Assembly: GCA_000165345.1 (NCBI GenBank)
Contig: CM000436.1
Location: 1,088,001-1,152,000 of the forward strand
Length of the DNA: 64,000 bases
Direction: 5' to 3'
Positions within the stretch are counted from its first letter, which is position 1, and every line of letters starts with the position of its first letter. Below are positions 9,644 through 20,704 of this stretch, piece after piece. Both the position numbers and the translations under genes were made by a program. Under the pieces are notes generated by a model. It did not search any database. It was not told the origin of the DNA and saw nothing but the letters and a program-made list of their open reading frames with translations.

Positions 9644-11587
9644 TTAATTTTTATTCTTCATTTTTAATTGAATATATGATTTCAAAAATGACCCAAAAGA
9701 ACTGAATACCAACATAATATAGTAAAATATTTGTGTTAAAAGTAACGAAGTGATAGTTATAAATAATATATTAATGTATATAGGCAACTCAAGCTTTATT
9801 TTGGACTCCAATAAAAATGATACAATACGAATTGTAATCGGATGTAAAAAAATCATAATAAATAGATTTTGGTTTTCTTTCTTTATTTTTTCTATCCCAT
9901 TTGAACTTTTAACAAGGTATAATTCAGATCTGAAAAGTGGATGAGATGTAATTGTTATCATAAGAAATAGTAGAGATATTTCTTTAAATGTATTTAAATA
10001 AATTGTTAAATTTTGAAAGTATTTATTTTCTGTGAAGAAAAACGTTATATAAACAATAGTTAAGAATAATACCAATAAAGATATACTTTTAAGTAGTGGA
10101 TGTATGATGTATATTTCTTCTCTTTTCTTAAGATAATTATTATACTGACTTCTCATAAATGATAATTGTGAATCTGTAGCACCAAGTAAGAATATTAAGC
10201 AGAGCTTCCAAATTATTGAATAATCTTTTAATGGAATCAAAAGAAAGAATAAGAGAATGTAAGTCAAAGCCAAAGAAATTTGTACTTTTGTTACTGAAGA
10301 TAAATGACCAGCTAAGGAGAATGTAATGATTGGAAGAGCTAATGGGATGAATATAAGCATTGAAAACTCTCCAAGCTTATAGTAGTATAACATTAAAATA
10401 ACCAAGATTGGAATTGTAGCTTTACTAATCAAAGAAATGAATGAGAATTCTCTTTCATAAAAGTAATATTCTGCTTGATTTTTTGCATTAATAACTCCAA
10501 TATCTCTATGCTCTAGCTCATTTGTTAGCAAAGGACTATTTAGATTTTCTTGATATTTTCTCACATTATTTGAGTTATTCATATCCAAAATTGTTGAATA
10601 TTTACTGAATAGTACGGAACCAATAGTATTTGTAGTAGTATTGTTAGTATTAGTATCAGTAGTGGGAAAATGACTGCAAGTTTCCATTAAGTCAATATCA
10701 TTAGAATTATTTCTAGAGCAGTTTTGTAATATAGAATTTCTGATTTCTCCAAGAGAACATTCTATTATATACTTTGTAAGCTCAGTAATTGGGAAACATA
10801 TTATACGTATAAATGATAAATAAATTAATACTTGAGGAAAATATGAAATTTTTTTGGATGCAGTATCTAATGAAGCTTTATATATGATTCTATCCAATGA
10901 ATCCAAGAAAAAGTTGATAGGAGACAATGTAATTCTTTCTGCCCATATTGGATATTCTGATGAAATATAATATGAAAAAGGCTGAATAAAGTATAAGATT
11001 AGAAATCCTGGTATAAAATATTTGGTAATGGATTTATATATGACAGTCTTGATAGATAAGAAGGTAGGATGAGTAAAAATACGTATAATTCTGGAAGATT
11101 TCTGGTTGAATGAATGATTATTTGAATAATTTAACTCAATAGTTTTATTTAAAGTTAGAATTGAAGTTGTGAATGATTTTCCGGAAATATATGTAAATGC
11201 AAAAATACAGGAAAAAAATATGATATTATGAAAGATTTTGAGAGTGATTAGAGTTTTCTCATCAATATTACTAACAATATGCTTTGTTTCAATTATTGAT
11301 CTTGATATATAAAGTAATGTAACAACGAATATTTTGAATCGGAACAAGTTTTTATCATAGATAAGTAGTTCACTTTGACTTAGAGACTTAATTTCACCAG
11401 GTTGAGTTTTATCTTTAATATTAATATTAACACAGTTGCTGTTATCAAAATAATAATCATTATACTTTTGATTAAGTTTTGAATTTGTACCTGAAATCTT
11501 TAAATAGGAGTCTCGGAAATTATTGTTGGGCCCACTTTTTATTGGGGAAAGAATACTTGATAAACGATAATTAGATGATGAAGGCAT
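9644..11587 (-). CDS. Polytopic membrane protein of about 647 aa with 10 or more predicted transmembrane helices. Function unknown.
   Basis: Long uninterrupted ORF, hydrophobic throughout. The ORF-track start at 11617 is a TTG codon. The first ATG (MPSSSNYRL..., plus-strand CAT at about 11585-11587) is used here. Confidence 0.5.
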   Translation of the reverse strand: MPSSSNYRLSSILSPIKSGPNNNFRDSYLKISGTNSKLNQKYNDYYFDNSNCVNINIKDKTQPGEIKSLSQSELLIYDKNLFRFKIFVVTLLYISRSIIETKHIVSNIDEKTLITLKIFHNIIFFSCIFAFTYISGKSFTTSILTLNKTIELNYSNNHSFNQKSSRIIRIFTHPTFLSIKTVIYKSITKYFIPGFLILYFIQPFSYYISSEYPIWAERITLSPINFFLDSLDRIIYKASLDTASKKISYFPQVLIYLSFIRIICFPITELTKYIIECSLGEIRNSILQNCSRNNSNDIDLMETCSHFPTTDTNTNNTTTNTIGSVLFSKYSTILDMNNSNNVRKYQENLNSPLLTNELEHRDIGVINAKNQAEYYFYEREFSFISLISKATIPILVILMLYYYKLGEFSMLIFIPLALPIITFSLAGHLSSVTKVQISLALTYILLFFLLIPLKDYSIIWKLCLIFLLGATDSQLSFMRSQYNNYLKKREEIYIIHPLLKSISLLVLFLTIVYITFFFTENKYFQNLTIYLNTFKEISLLFLMITITSHPLFRSELYLVKSSNGIEKIKKENQNLFIMIFLHPITIRIVSFLLESKIKLELPIYINILFITITSLLLTQIFYYIMLVFSSFGSFLKSYIQLKMKNKN

Positions 11588-12008
11588 TTTATTTCCAATT
11601 TTAAAATGATAAATCAAAAAATAAACTCTTAATTTTTACAAGTAGAACTTTTCAAGATTACTTATTCTCTTTCTCTTAACTTGAAACTGAGATTCAAAAA
11701 AAAAAAAAAAAATGGATAAATGAATAACTTCAGAGCCTTACCCTGAGGGAGGAAAATAGTAATGTAATGAAAACAATAATAATAGTAATTTTGTGTTAGT
11801 ATCAATAAATAATGATTATTAATTAATAGTGCCACTACCTTCCAAAATACTCTTCTATAACAACTTGTTTTTGTTACAAATTGAACCCAATTTGCCCATA
11901 CAGATAGATAGATAATTTATCAAGCTTCCAAATTGTGCATATTTTTATAATTTTGCAATTCTGAAATATCTTCTTTTTTTCGCACTCTGATTAAAAAATG
12001 CAAACTAA

Positions 12009-12064
12009 TTTGGCGCCTAGTACACGTCATGTGGGGAGAAACCGGTACTATGCACAAGCATGCA
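12009..12064. promoter_or_regulatory. Module TTTGGCGCC - ACACGTCATGTGGGGAG - AACCGGTACT - GCATGCAT, about 420-480 bp upstream of the 9644-11587 gene.
   Basis: E2F-like half site, ACGT box, G-box (GTGGGGAG), ACCGGT palindrome and GCATGCA clustered within 56 bp. Confidence 0.45.
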
Positions 12065-12528
12065 TATAGATTGAAATTTGGGCGGGTATTGAACAAAATG
12101 ATTTTTTTTTTTCTTATTAATTCAGAGATACAGAAGAGGGTAAGAAGTTAAATAAGAATTGGAAAGAATAGAAAAGATTAGATTTTTTAATTTCCGATTA
12201 AAAAGAATGTATTAATTCCACAATAAATTATAGAATTTAAATTTGAATTAGTAATGCAAGTAAATGGATCTATTTCATAAATTGTATCATAAATTTTGAG
12301 TAAAAATGGGTATAGCTGTTTAATCCTTTTCCTCTTCTATTTTGAAAGTCACAATGATTGTAGTGATAGAAAGATACTTCAAATTGAAAAAAAAGATTTT
12401 GAATAATTACTATCCTTACTAATTTTTTTTTCTTTTCTACCAATTTATTATATTTAACTATTTTTCCCAATTTACCTTCAATTCTATTATTTATCTTTCT
12501 ATTCAATAAAAACTCCTATAAGTCTATT

Positions 12529-12566
<38 letters not shown>

Positions 12567-12921
12567 CTCAAATTTAATAAATCTGTTAATTTTGAATATA
12601 AAATTTGCAAGTTAAGTGTTTAGCTGAGCGTACGAATATTTTATAATTTTGAAGATTACGCTTGAAGAAAATTGAAATATATAAAGGGAGAGAAAAGGAA
12701 AGCATTGGGGAGAAAAAAAAAAAAAAGACCGAATGCTAAGATAAAAAACAGTTTTGAAATAAAATTCTAAGAATATCCGTAAATGCCTTCAATATATTTA
12801 TTAAAGATATGTGCAATTGGATAAGCCATTAACTTGCATAATTTTTTATTTGAAATTTATTCCAAAAGTGACGGCAATAGTATTGAAGATAGGTGGGGAC
12901 TCAAGTAGACAAACAAAATGT

Positions 12922-12947
12922 CCGGCGCCAAATGTGTTGGCGGTAAA
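12922..12947. promoter_or_regulatory. CCGGCGCCAAATGTGTTGGCGGTAAA, about 260 bp upstream of CNOT9. It has paired E2F-like sites.
   Basis: GGCGCCAAA plus an inverted TTGGCGG. Preceded by GGTGGGGAC at about 12893. Confidence 0.45.
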
Positions 12948-13197
12948 CCGAGTTGTCAAATTTAATTTGGAAATTGAATGAAATAAAAGAAGCAAGGAAT
13001 TAAAATAAAACAGAATTAAAAAAAGGTTTTAAGTTAATGGATTTTTAAAATCGAAGAAATGAAAAGCCATTGAACGAGTTTATATAGAATCCAAATACAT
13101 TGTGCAGTTCTCTTTTTTGTTTTTTTCTTTTTTATCTTATATTAAAATAAAGTTAATCAAAGTAGAATTTTAATTTTTGGGAATCAATAAATAAGAA

Positions 13198-14370
13198 ATG
13201 ATACCACAAGGAGGATTAAACAACTCAGGAGGCGGAATAATGGCTCCTTCCTCTGCATCTACAGCGCCACCATCATCTTCTTCCTCCTCATCTTCATCTT
13301 CTGCTCCTTCTATGCCATTACATTCTTCAAATTCAATGGCAGCTTCTGTGCCATCCTCTAATTCGGCATCATCATCTAATTCAGTACCATCCAATTCTCT
13401 TTCAGCTTCTATTAGTGGAAAGGTACAACAGAGAATTTCTCAAGGAGAACTTGGAATAGGTGGAGGGATCCCAAATCAAATTTCTGTTTCAGGAGATGTA
13501 GGAATTTTACCATCACCATCAGATAATAGTGGTGACTTGAAAGGGAATGAAAATATTATCCAAAAAGAAAGAGAGAAAGTTTATCAATATTTAGTTGATA
13601 TGACTTGCTCTTCAAAAAGAGAAATGGCATTATCAAAACTTTCAAAATATCGCGAAACATTCCCAGATTTGGCTCCGCTAATGTGGCATAGCTTTGGTTG
13701 TATTACTGCTCTTTTACAAGAAATCATTTCTATATATCCACTTTTATCTCCTCCTAATTTATCAAATCAAGCAAGCAACCGGACATGTAATTGTTTAGCC
13801 TTATTACAGTGTGTTGCAAGCCATTCGGAAACAAGAGCTCACTTTCTTGCAGCTCATATTCCACTATATCTTTATCCTTTTCTAAATACTGTGACTAAAT
13901 CACGTCCATTTGAGTATCTCCGTCTCACATCACTTGGTGTTATTGGCGCCCTTGTAAAGGTTGACGATCCTGAAGTTGTGAGCTTTCTTTTACAAACTGA
14001 GATCATTCCTCTATGTTTGAGAGTGATGGAAACTGGAAGCGAACTTAGCAAGACTGTCGCGACGTTCATCATACAAAAAATTCTGTTGGATGATCTTGGC
14101 CTTACTTATATTTGCGCTACTCCTGAAAGATTCTTTACTGTGTGCCAAGTTCTTGGTAATGTTATTACTCAGCATAATGAGGCTCCTTCCCCGAGACTAT
14201 TGAAGCATATTATTCGCTGTTATCTAAGATTATCAGAGAACTCCAAAGTTAGAGATGCTTTGAAACAAACCATCCCTTCTGTCATTCTTTCTCCCAGTTT
14301 TAAAATGATCTTTCATGATGACGGCGTTACTACTAAATGGTTACATCAACTATATGCAAATATTTGCTGA
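13198..14370 (+). CDS. CNOT9 (RCD1): CCR4-NOT complex subunit CNOT9 / Rcd1 (cell differentiation protein RCD1 homologue), with an N-terminal Ser-rich extension.
   Basis: Conserved armadillo-like core [59 protein letters not shown]...[35 protein letters not shown]...[63 protein letters not shown]. Start is an ATG. Confidence 0.85.
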   Translation: MIPQGGLNNSGGGIMAPSSASTAPPSSSSSSSSSSAPSMPLHSSNSMAASVPSSNSASSSNSVPSNSLSASISGKVQQRISQGELGIGGGIPNQISVSGDVGILPSPSDNSGDLKGNENIIQKEREKVYQYLVDMTCSSKREMALSKLSKYRETFPDLAPLMWHSFGCITALLQEIISIYPLLSPPNLSNQASNRTCNCLALLQCVASHSETRAHFLAAHIPLYLYPFLNTVTKSRPFEYLRLTSLGVIGALVKVDDPEVVSFLLQTEIIPLCLRVMETGSELSKTVATFIIQKILLDDLGLTYICATPERFFTVCQVLGNVITQHNEAPSPRLLKHIIRCYLRLSENSKVRDALKQTIPSVILSPSFKMIFHDDGVTTKWLHQLYANIC

Positions 14371-14756
14371 TCAGCTGTTACAGGTTTATAGTTTAGAGAA
14401 TAAAATAAAATTATTTCTATTTGAGTCCCCTTTTTTTCAAAAGTCGTTATTAATGCTTTTTTTTTTCTTATAGCATTAACTCTCATTTTTTTTCCCACTA
14501 ATTTCTCTAATTTTCAAGTTACAATTTCTAATCTAATATGTTCTACTTTAATTTCATAATCTTGGTATTCTTCTTGTCCCCATATTTTGGTGGTAACTGC
14601 TCGCACTCCTTTCAAGTAATTTATTCAAGACTTATTCACACAATTAACACAAACAAAACTATTTTAGAAGAAAAAAACATGCACATGTACATACAGAAGA
14701 GAAATATATTTGCAATGTTAATTATCTAAAAATATCATTCATTTTTTTAAATCAAC

Positions 14757-14816
14757 ATGGCGCCTTATTTGCCCGCCAAACAGCGGGAACATTGTTTGGT
14801 ATTTTTAGGGGGGAAG
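14757..14816. promoter_or_regulatory. ATGGCGCC - TTGCCCGCCAAAC - AGCGGGAAC ... TAGGGGGGAAG, about 150-190 bp upstream of Sec24.
   Basis: Three E2F-type SSCGC cores in both orientations, plus a G-run. Confidence 0.45.
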
Positions 14817-14949
14817 AACACAAAGAGAAAGATCAGAAAGAGTCAAAAGAAAAAAAATTCAAAAGTGAAGAATCCAGTAATTTATATCTACCACTAATTC
14901 ACTTATTGACTGGAAATCTCAAACTAATTGGTGTATACTCTTTATTTTA

Positions 14950-17636
14950 ATGTCGGGACATCCATTTGGAAATTCAGTTGGCGGGGGGGCAATGCAATAC
15001 TCACAACAGACTCAGATTCCCCAACAACGCCCAGGTACAGTAATGTCATCTCCTTTTCAAGGAGTGGCAGAGGCAGCACCAAAAACTAGTCCATTTGGAA
15101 TGCAGGGTCAATATCAGGCTCAAAGCCAAACTATAGGACAAAATCAAGGTTATTCACAAAGTGGAGGATATTATGGTTCAAGTAATGATAATACTATGCA
15201 AGGTCAGAATAGAGTTAGACCAGGTATGGTGATTCCAACAGGAATGGGACAACAAGTTCAAGGTCAAAACCAAACTCAAACTGGTTTTTATAATTCGAAT
15301 CCTATCTCAAAAGATATTGGAAATAATACAACAATAGGAGGACTATCAATGAGTGAAATACAACAACTTAATGCTCCATCATATTTTGTAAGACCATCCG
15401 TCTCAAAAGTCCCAAGTTCAGCAAGTCTTAAACAGAAAGCCCATATTCCTGTTGGACTTGTTTTTCAACCTTTAGCAAGTCCGCCTCCTGGATATCCTGA
15501 AGTACCAACAGTTTCTTTTGGGTCAAGTGGTGTATTAGTTAGATGTAAGCCTTGTAGAACTTATATTAATCCATTTGTTAGATGGGAAGCTGGTGGTCGT
15601 CGTTGGATATGCAATATGTGCGGCTATTCTAATGAAACCCTTTCATTTTATTATTGCGGATTGGATGATCAGGGACGCAGAACTGATCGATTTGAACGTC
15701 CTGAACTATCTGTTGGTAGTACTGAATTTATTGCATCTGGAGAATATATGGTAAGACCTCCACAACCTCCAGTATATTTTATAGTTTTGGATGTTTCAAT
15801 GCCATCAGTATCTTCAGGACTTGTTGAGACAGTTTGTTTAGCAGTAAAAAATGCTATATTATCTGATAATATTCCAGGTGGAGGTAGAGCTATGATTGGT
15901 ATTATTACATTTGATTCATCCATTCATTTTTATGATTTAAATAGTAATCTTTCACAACCACATATGTTTGTTGTATCTGATTTGAATGATTTATTCCTAC
16001 CACTTTCTGAAGGTGTTTTGGTTAATATAGCAGATTCTACTGAGGTAAGTTAAATAATTGATTGACTTTATCATATATTTAATTATTATTGTTATTGTTA
16101 TTGCAGCAAATTACGAATTTGTTAGATAACTTACCAAATTTATGGAGAAATAATAGAGTTTCGGAAAATTGTATGGGATCAGCAATTAAAGCTGCTTATA
16201 TGGCAATTAGACATATTGGTGGAAAAGTTCTTTTATTTTCATCAGGAGCACCAACAGTTGGAGATCAAACAATAAAACTTAATCGTGAGCAGATGAGAAA
16301 TTCTGGAAAAGAATCCAAAGATATTGATAGAGAAGTTGAATTATTAAAACCAGAAAATGATGGATATAGTAATTTTGTTCATGCACTTGTTAGAGCATAT
16401 ATTAGTGTTGATTTGTTTATGTGTACTTCTCAACCGTATGTAGATTTACCTACAATTTCTCCAATTGTCAAAAAAACGAGTGGTGATCTTACATATATTT
16501 TTGGATTTAATTCGTATCTTCACGGACAAAAACTTAGAGAAGATATATTTTCAACTTTAACTAGAAACTCAGCTTGGGAGGCTTGTATTAGATTCAGAGT
16601 TAGTCGTGGTTGGAAGATATCAAATTGGTATGGTAATTTCTACTTTAGTGGGGTTGATCTTCTTCTTGCTCCAAATTGTCATAGAGACCAAGCTTTTAGT
16701 ATTGTTATAGATATGGATGAAAATGTAACAGTAGCACCTGATCCATTTGTTTATATTCAAGCAGCTCTTTTACATACAAATAGTGATGGTGAAAGACGTA
16801 TTAGAGTTCACACAATGGCTTTACCAGTAACTCAAAATTATGTTGATTTAGTATCAAGCATGGATGTTCAAGCAACAGTTTCAATAATTTGCCAAAATGC
16901 AATGGAACTAAGCCTTAAAAGCAAGTTATTAGATGGACGAAATTATCTTCAGACTATATGTTCCCAAATCATTTTACCTCAATCCAATCAAATAATTGAA
17001 GCTGCAAAGCAACTTCCACTCTATATTCTTGGTGTACTCAAATGTCCAGCTTTTAGAGATTATAAGGAAGTTTCTCAATCAGATACTAGAATTTATCATT
17101 GGATACGCTTATCTAGTTTGAGATTAGAATCTCAAATGATACTATTTTATCCAAGAATGTTTTGTCTTTCTTCATGGAATCTTCAACAACAAGAAACTGA
17201 TCAATCATTAGTGCTTCCTCCTGCCTTAAATTTAACAGCAGAAAAAATGACACAGGCAGATGCATATCTCTTAGAAGATGGTGAATCCATGTATTTATGG
17301 CTTGGAAGAGCGATTCCAACAACCTTTATTCAACAGGTGTTTGGCGTTGCAACTCTTGATCAGCTACATCCAGATTATGCTGAAACTGTTATTGGATCAA
17401 CTGGTGAAAAGCTTGGAGTCAAAGTTGCTATTTTAATCAATAATATTCGTGAACAAAGAAAACCGCCATTTATGAAGCTTTATACAATCAGACAAGGCGA
17501 TCCTTTGGAAAATAAGTTCTTCCTATCACTGATTGAAGATAAGACACAAGGCTTTATGCTTTCTTACAACGATTTCTTGAATAAGATTCTTCCAAGATCA
17601 AATCCAAACATGTTGCAGAGATATCCTGGTAATTAG
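14950..17636 (+). CDS. SEC24: COPII coat subunit Sec24. Two exons, join(14950..16044,16107..17636), with a 62-nt phase-0 intron at 16045..16106.
   Basis: Exon 1 carries the Sec23/24 zinc finger CKPCRTYINPFVRWEAGGRRWICNMCGYSNE. Exon 2 carries the trunk, beta-barrel and helical regions (GSAIKAAYMAIRHIGGKVLLFSSGAPTVG...). The two ORF-track pieces (14950-16053 and 16089-17636) are joined by GTAAGT...TTGCAG. The track 'M' at 16089 is an intronic TTG. Confidence 0.85.
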
Positions 17637-18030
17637 CATTGGTTATTTTTTTTTTTTTTGTTATAGGTATTATATTGGTATTTGAGTTACGTTGCATTTA
17701 TCTTACTTTCTTATTAACTCTTAATATTATTATTTTTTTTTTTTTTTAATAGCCCTTTTCATAACTTTAGTTGGTATCAATTTTGGCTCTAATTAGTGGC
17801 ATGCATTTTGCTTGCACACATTTCTTGTATTTGATTCAAAAGAAAGAGGGATATAGTTTTTTTCTTTTAACTTAAGTTTCATTCTTTATATTCTTCTAAC
17901 AATTATTAATTAATTTAATTCATGTATTTCAATTAATGAATTTTGTTTAGATATAAATAGTATCTTGCATTATTAATATTTTTTAAATAAATAACTAATT
18001 TTTTCTTTAAGTTGAATTACATTAAAAAAA

Positions 18031-18104
18031 CACGTAAGAATCAAAAAATTTCCCGCCCATTCGTGTAAAATTTGACTTGCATGCATACATTTAGATGAGG
18101 GGAG
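18031..18104. promoter_or_regulatory. CACGTAAG ... TTTCCCGCCCA ... TTGCATGCATA ... GAGGGGAG, about 300 bp upstream of the 18380 gene.
   Basis: ACGT box, E2F-like box, GCATGCA and G-box in the same arrangement as other spacers. Confidence 0.45.
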
Positions 18105-18379
18105 TAAAAATAAGTGCAAGAAAAAAGTGTGTTATAAAGTTCAAAGTGAAACATTAAAATTTTTTAAATAATTGAATTCGATTCTTTTTTTGTGAAAATA
18201 TTGTTTTTTCTAATATTATTATTATTATTACCACTATTAACGAGAAGATAATACAAATATATATTTAAAAAATTAAAAAAAAAAAAAAAAAAGTAAAGCA
18301 TTCTATTTATTCTAAGAATGGAAAAGTAATTTTAAAAAAAAAATCAATATATAAGTTAAGTGACAATTAATGTAACAAA

Positions 18380-20020
18380 ATGGATTTAATGGAATTAGCT
18401 TTAAAACATGGGATTAAAGGAACTCCTAATGGTCCTTTTTTATATCCACTAAGTGTAAGAGGTAGAAAACCATTTTCCTTATTAACAGATGATGAATCTT
18501 CTGATGATTCTGATCAATCTTCATCCAACGAGGAGGACTTGGGAATGGGAGCAAAAGTTAAATGTATATATGACAATGACTTATATAAGAAACAAGATTC
18601 AGTAATAGAAGAAGAAAATGTAGTCGAACAAAAAAAAAGAATACAAAAAACAATGTATGAATATAAAAGTAGGAGAGAAGGAAAAGAAGTGGAGTATATA
18701 TCTAGAGAAGATGCTTTTGAAATACAATATGCAAAAGATTTTGAATTTTTTTTTGGAGTTCCTTATCGTCCTTATATACGTTTATCACGTTATAGATTTG
18801 GTAAAAATATGAAATATCCACGAGATTTAAAACAAGAAGAAGCTGTTTATAAGAAATATCCACGTTATTTTTTTAATGACCCTTGGCCAGAAATAGATGT
18901 CTCAAAACCTATACCATATGTAAAACAAAAACAACCACCAAAGTTAGTAAATGAAAGAGGAGTTCCAATAGCTTGGTTAGATATTATTGAAAAGAGTAAA
19001 AGATTTAATGTAAGAAGAGGTAATAAATCAGCACATAACTTAGAATCTCAAAGTAAGAAAGAACCGCCTCGTACTCTTGGTGATGCTGTTGTTGCATGGG
19101 AAGTATCTTCCACATTATTGAATGGAGATCTTCCAAGTATTATTGGTGAAGATAAGAGAAGTAGAAAACAAAAAAGATTCTCATTTGTTAGAGATAATAT
19201 TCGTGGTGTTGCAGAAGAAATTGAATCATGGACAAAATGTCCAGTAGTGCAAACAGAAATTAATAAATATCTTGAAAGTTCTTGGAAGAACATTGAAAAA
19301 CAACTTTCTAACAAACCTATTGAAGAACAAAACGATAAAAAATTAAGCAGATCAAGTTCAAACAAAAATATTAATGAAGCTGAAAGTTCAACAAAAACAC
19401 CTTCTGAGTCTAATAAAAATTCCAAGTCTGAACCTACTAGTAAAAGCAGTAATATTTCTAAAAGTAAATCCGTACCTTCTGCTAAAGAAGAGCCTAAATC
19501 TGAAACTAAATTGGAAGGAAAAGAATCATCACCTCCTCCTCCAAAAGATCCTCCTGCATCAAAAGGCCCACCGCCACCAAAAGGTTCTCCAGCTCCAAAG
19601 GGTCCTCCAGCTCCAAAGGGTCCACCTTCCCCTGCATCAAAAGGTCCGCCACCACCAAAGGGCCCTCCAGCTCCAAAGGGTCCTCCAGGCCCACCTTCTG
19701 AATCTGAAGGATCTCCTGCGTCAAAAGGTCCACCACCATCAAAAGGCCCTCCAGCTCCAAAGGGTCCTCCAGGTCCATCTTCTGAATCTGAAGGATCACC
19801 TGCGACAAAAGGTCCTCCAGCTCCAAAGGGTCCTCCAGGCCCACCTGAATCTGAAGGATCCCCTGCATCAAAAGGTCCTCCAGCTCCAAAGGGTCCACCT
19901 TCCCCTGCATCAAAAGGGCCTCCACCACCAAAAGGTCCGCCTCCCCCCTCATCAAAGGGACCTCCTACAGGAAAAGGGCCATCACTTCCAAAAAAGGCGC
20001 CTCCTCCAAAGAAAGGTTGA
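18380..20020 (+). CDS. 546-aa protein with an acidic/basic N-terminal part and a C-terminal array of about 16 degenerate Pro-rich repeats (PPAPKGPP / SESEGSPASKGPP). Function unknown.
   Basis: ATG start and uninterrupted ORF. The repeat array spans about 19540-19990 with a 24-27-nt period. The overlapping antisense ORFs (19048-20025, 19506-19955) are repeat artefacts. Confidence 0.5.
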   Translation: MDLMELALKHGIKGTPNGPFLYPLSVRGRKPFSLLTDDESSDDSDQSSSNEEDLGMGAKVKCIYDNDLYKKQDSVIEEENVVEQKKRIQKTMYEYKSRREGKEVEYISREDAFEIQYAKDFEFFFGVPYRPYIRLSRYRFGKNMKYPRDLKQEEAVYKKYPRYFFNDPWPEIDVSKPIPYVKQKQPPKLVNERGVPIAWLDIIEKSKRFNVRRGNKSAHNLESQSKKEPPRTLGDAVVAWEVSSTLLNGDLPSIIGEDKRSRKQKRFSFVRDNIRGVAEEIESWTKCPVVQTEINKYLESSWKNIEKQLSNKPIEEQNDKKLSRSSSNKNINEAESSTKTPSESNKNSKSEPTSKSSNISKSKSVPSAKEEPKSETKLEGKESSPPPPKDPPASKGPPPPKGSPAPKGPPAPKGPPSPASKGPPPPKGPPAPKGPPGPPSESEGSPASKGPPPSKGPPAPKGPPGPSSESEGSPATKGPPAPKGPPGPPESEGSPASKGPPAPKGPPSPASKGPPPPKGPPPPSSKGPPTGKGPSLPKKAPPPKKG

Positions 20021-20378
20021 TTCAATAAATAAGTAAATGCAAAAGTACTAATAATTCATTTAAAAGAAATAATCAAGTTATATTTAAATTTAAGTTTGTT
20101 AATTTTTTTTCAAACAATTTTATTAATTTTTTTTGAAAATCATTCCAAATTTAAACTAAATAAATAAAACTAATTTTTGTTGAAAGGAGAATAAAAAAGA
20201 ACAATTTAAGAAGATATAAACTAATTAATTTAAAACTCCTGTTTCACTCTTATTAAAAATCACTATGTTTTAATTAATTTTTTTTTAATGTTATTTAATT
20301 TACTATCTTGTTTTTTCTATATTCCTATTTAATTAACTCAATTTAGGAAATTCATGTAAAATTAAATCATGGAAATTG

Positions 20379-20414
20379 TGGCGCCGGCGCCAGGCATGTA
20401 ATATTTGGGGTCCA
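20379..20414. promoter_or_regulatory. 14-bp GC palindrome TGGCGCCGGCGCCA, then GGCATGTAAT and TTTGGGGTCC, about 300 bp upstream of the 20705 gene.
   Basis: Two overlapping GGCGCC E2F-like cores. The identical 14-mer recurs at 41743-41756. Confidence 0.45.
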
Positions 20415-20704
20415 GTCCTGACAGTAATAATGTGAGATCATACAAAAAATCAACAAAAAATTAAAATAGAAATTTGATTTTCAAGATAAAAAAGGAAATC
20501 AAATAGTTAATTAAGGAATTTTGTATTTTTTCAAAGTTTTAGAGTATTAGTCAATAGAATTTTAAAGATTTAGAAGGTAAAAAGGTAATTATAAATAATT
20601 AACTTACCAATCAATTTATAAAGATATTTTTCTAACTTCAAAAAAAAAAAAAAAGTTATTTAGAAAATAACTTTATTTATTTAAATATATGAAGAACTTT
20701 TATA

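Noticed and set aside
12270-12506. 78-aa ORF in the large divergent spacer between the 11587 and 13198 genes.
   Set aside because: It is AT-rich, low-complexity and flanked by (AT)n. It is more likely spacer than gene, though the 1.6-kb spacer is unusually long.
19048-20036. Three overlapping ORFs (antisense 325 aa Gly-rich, antisense 149 aa, sense-frame 220 aa) over the Pro-rich repeat region.
   Set aside because: They are artefacts of the 24-27-nt tandem repeat keeping alternative frames open. The sense-strand 18380-20020 frame is continuous with a non-repetitive N-terminal domain and an ATG start.
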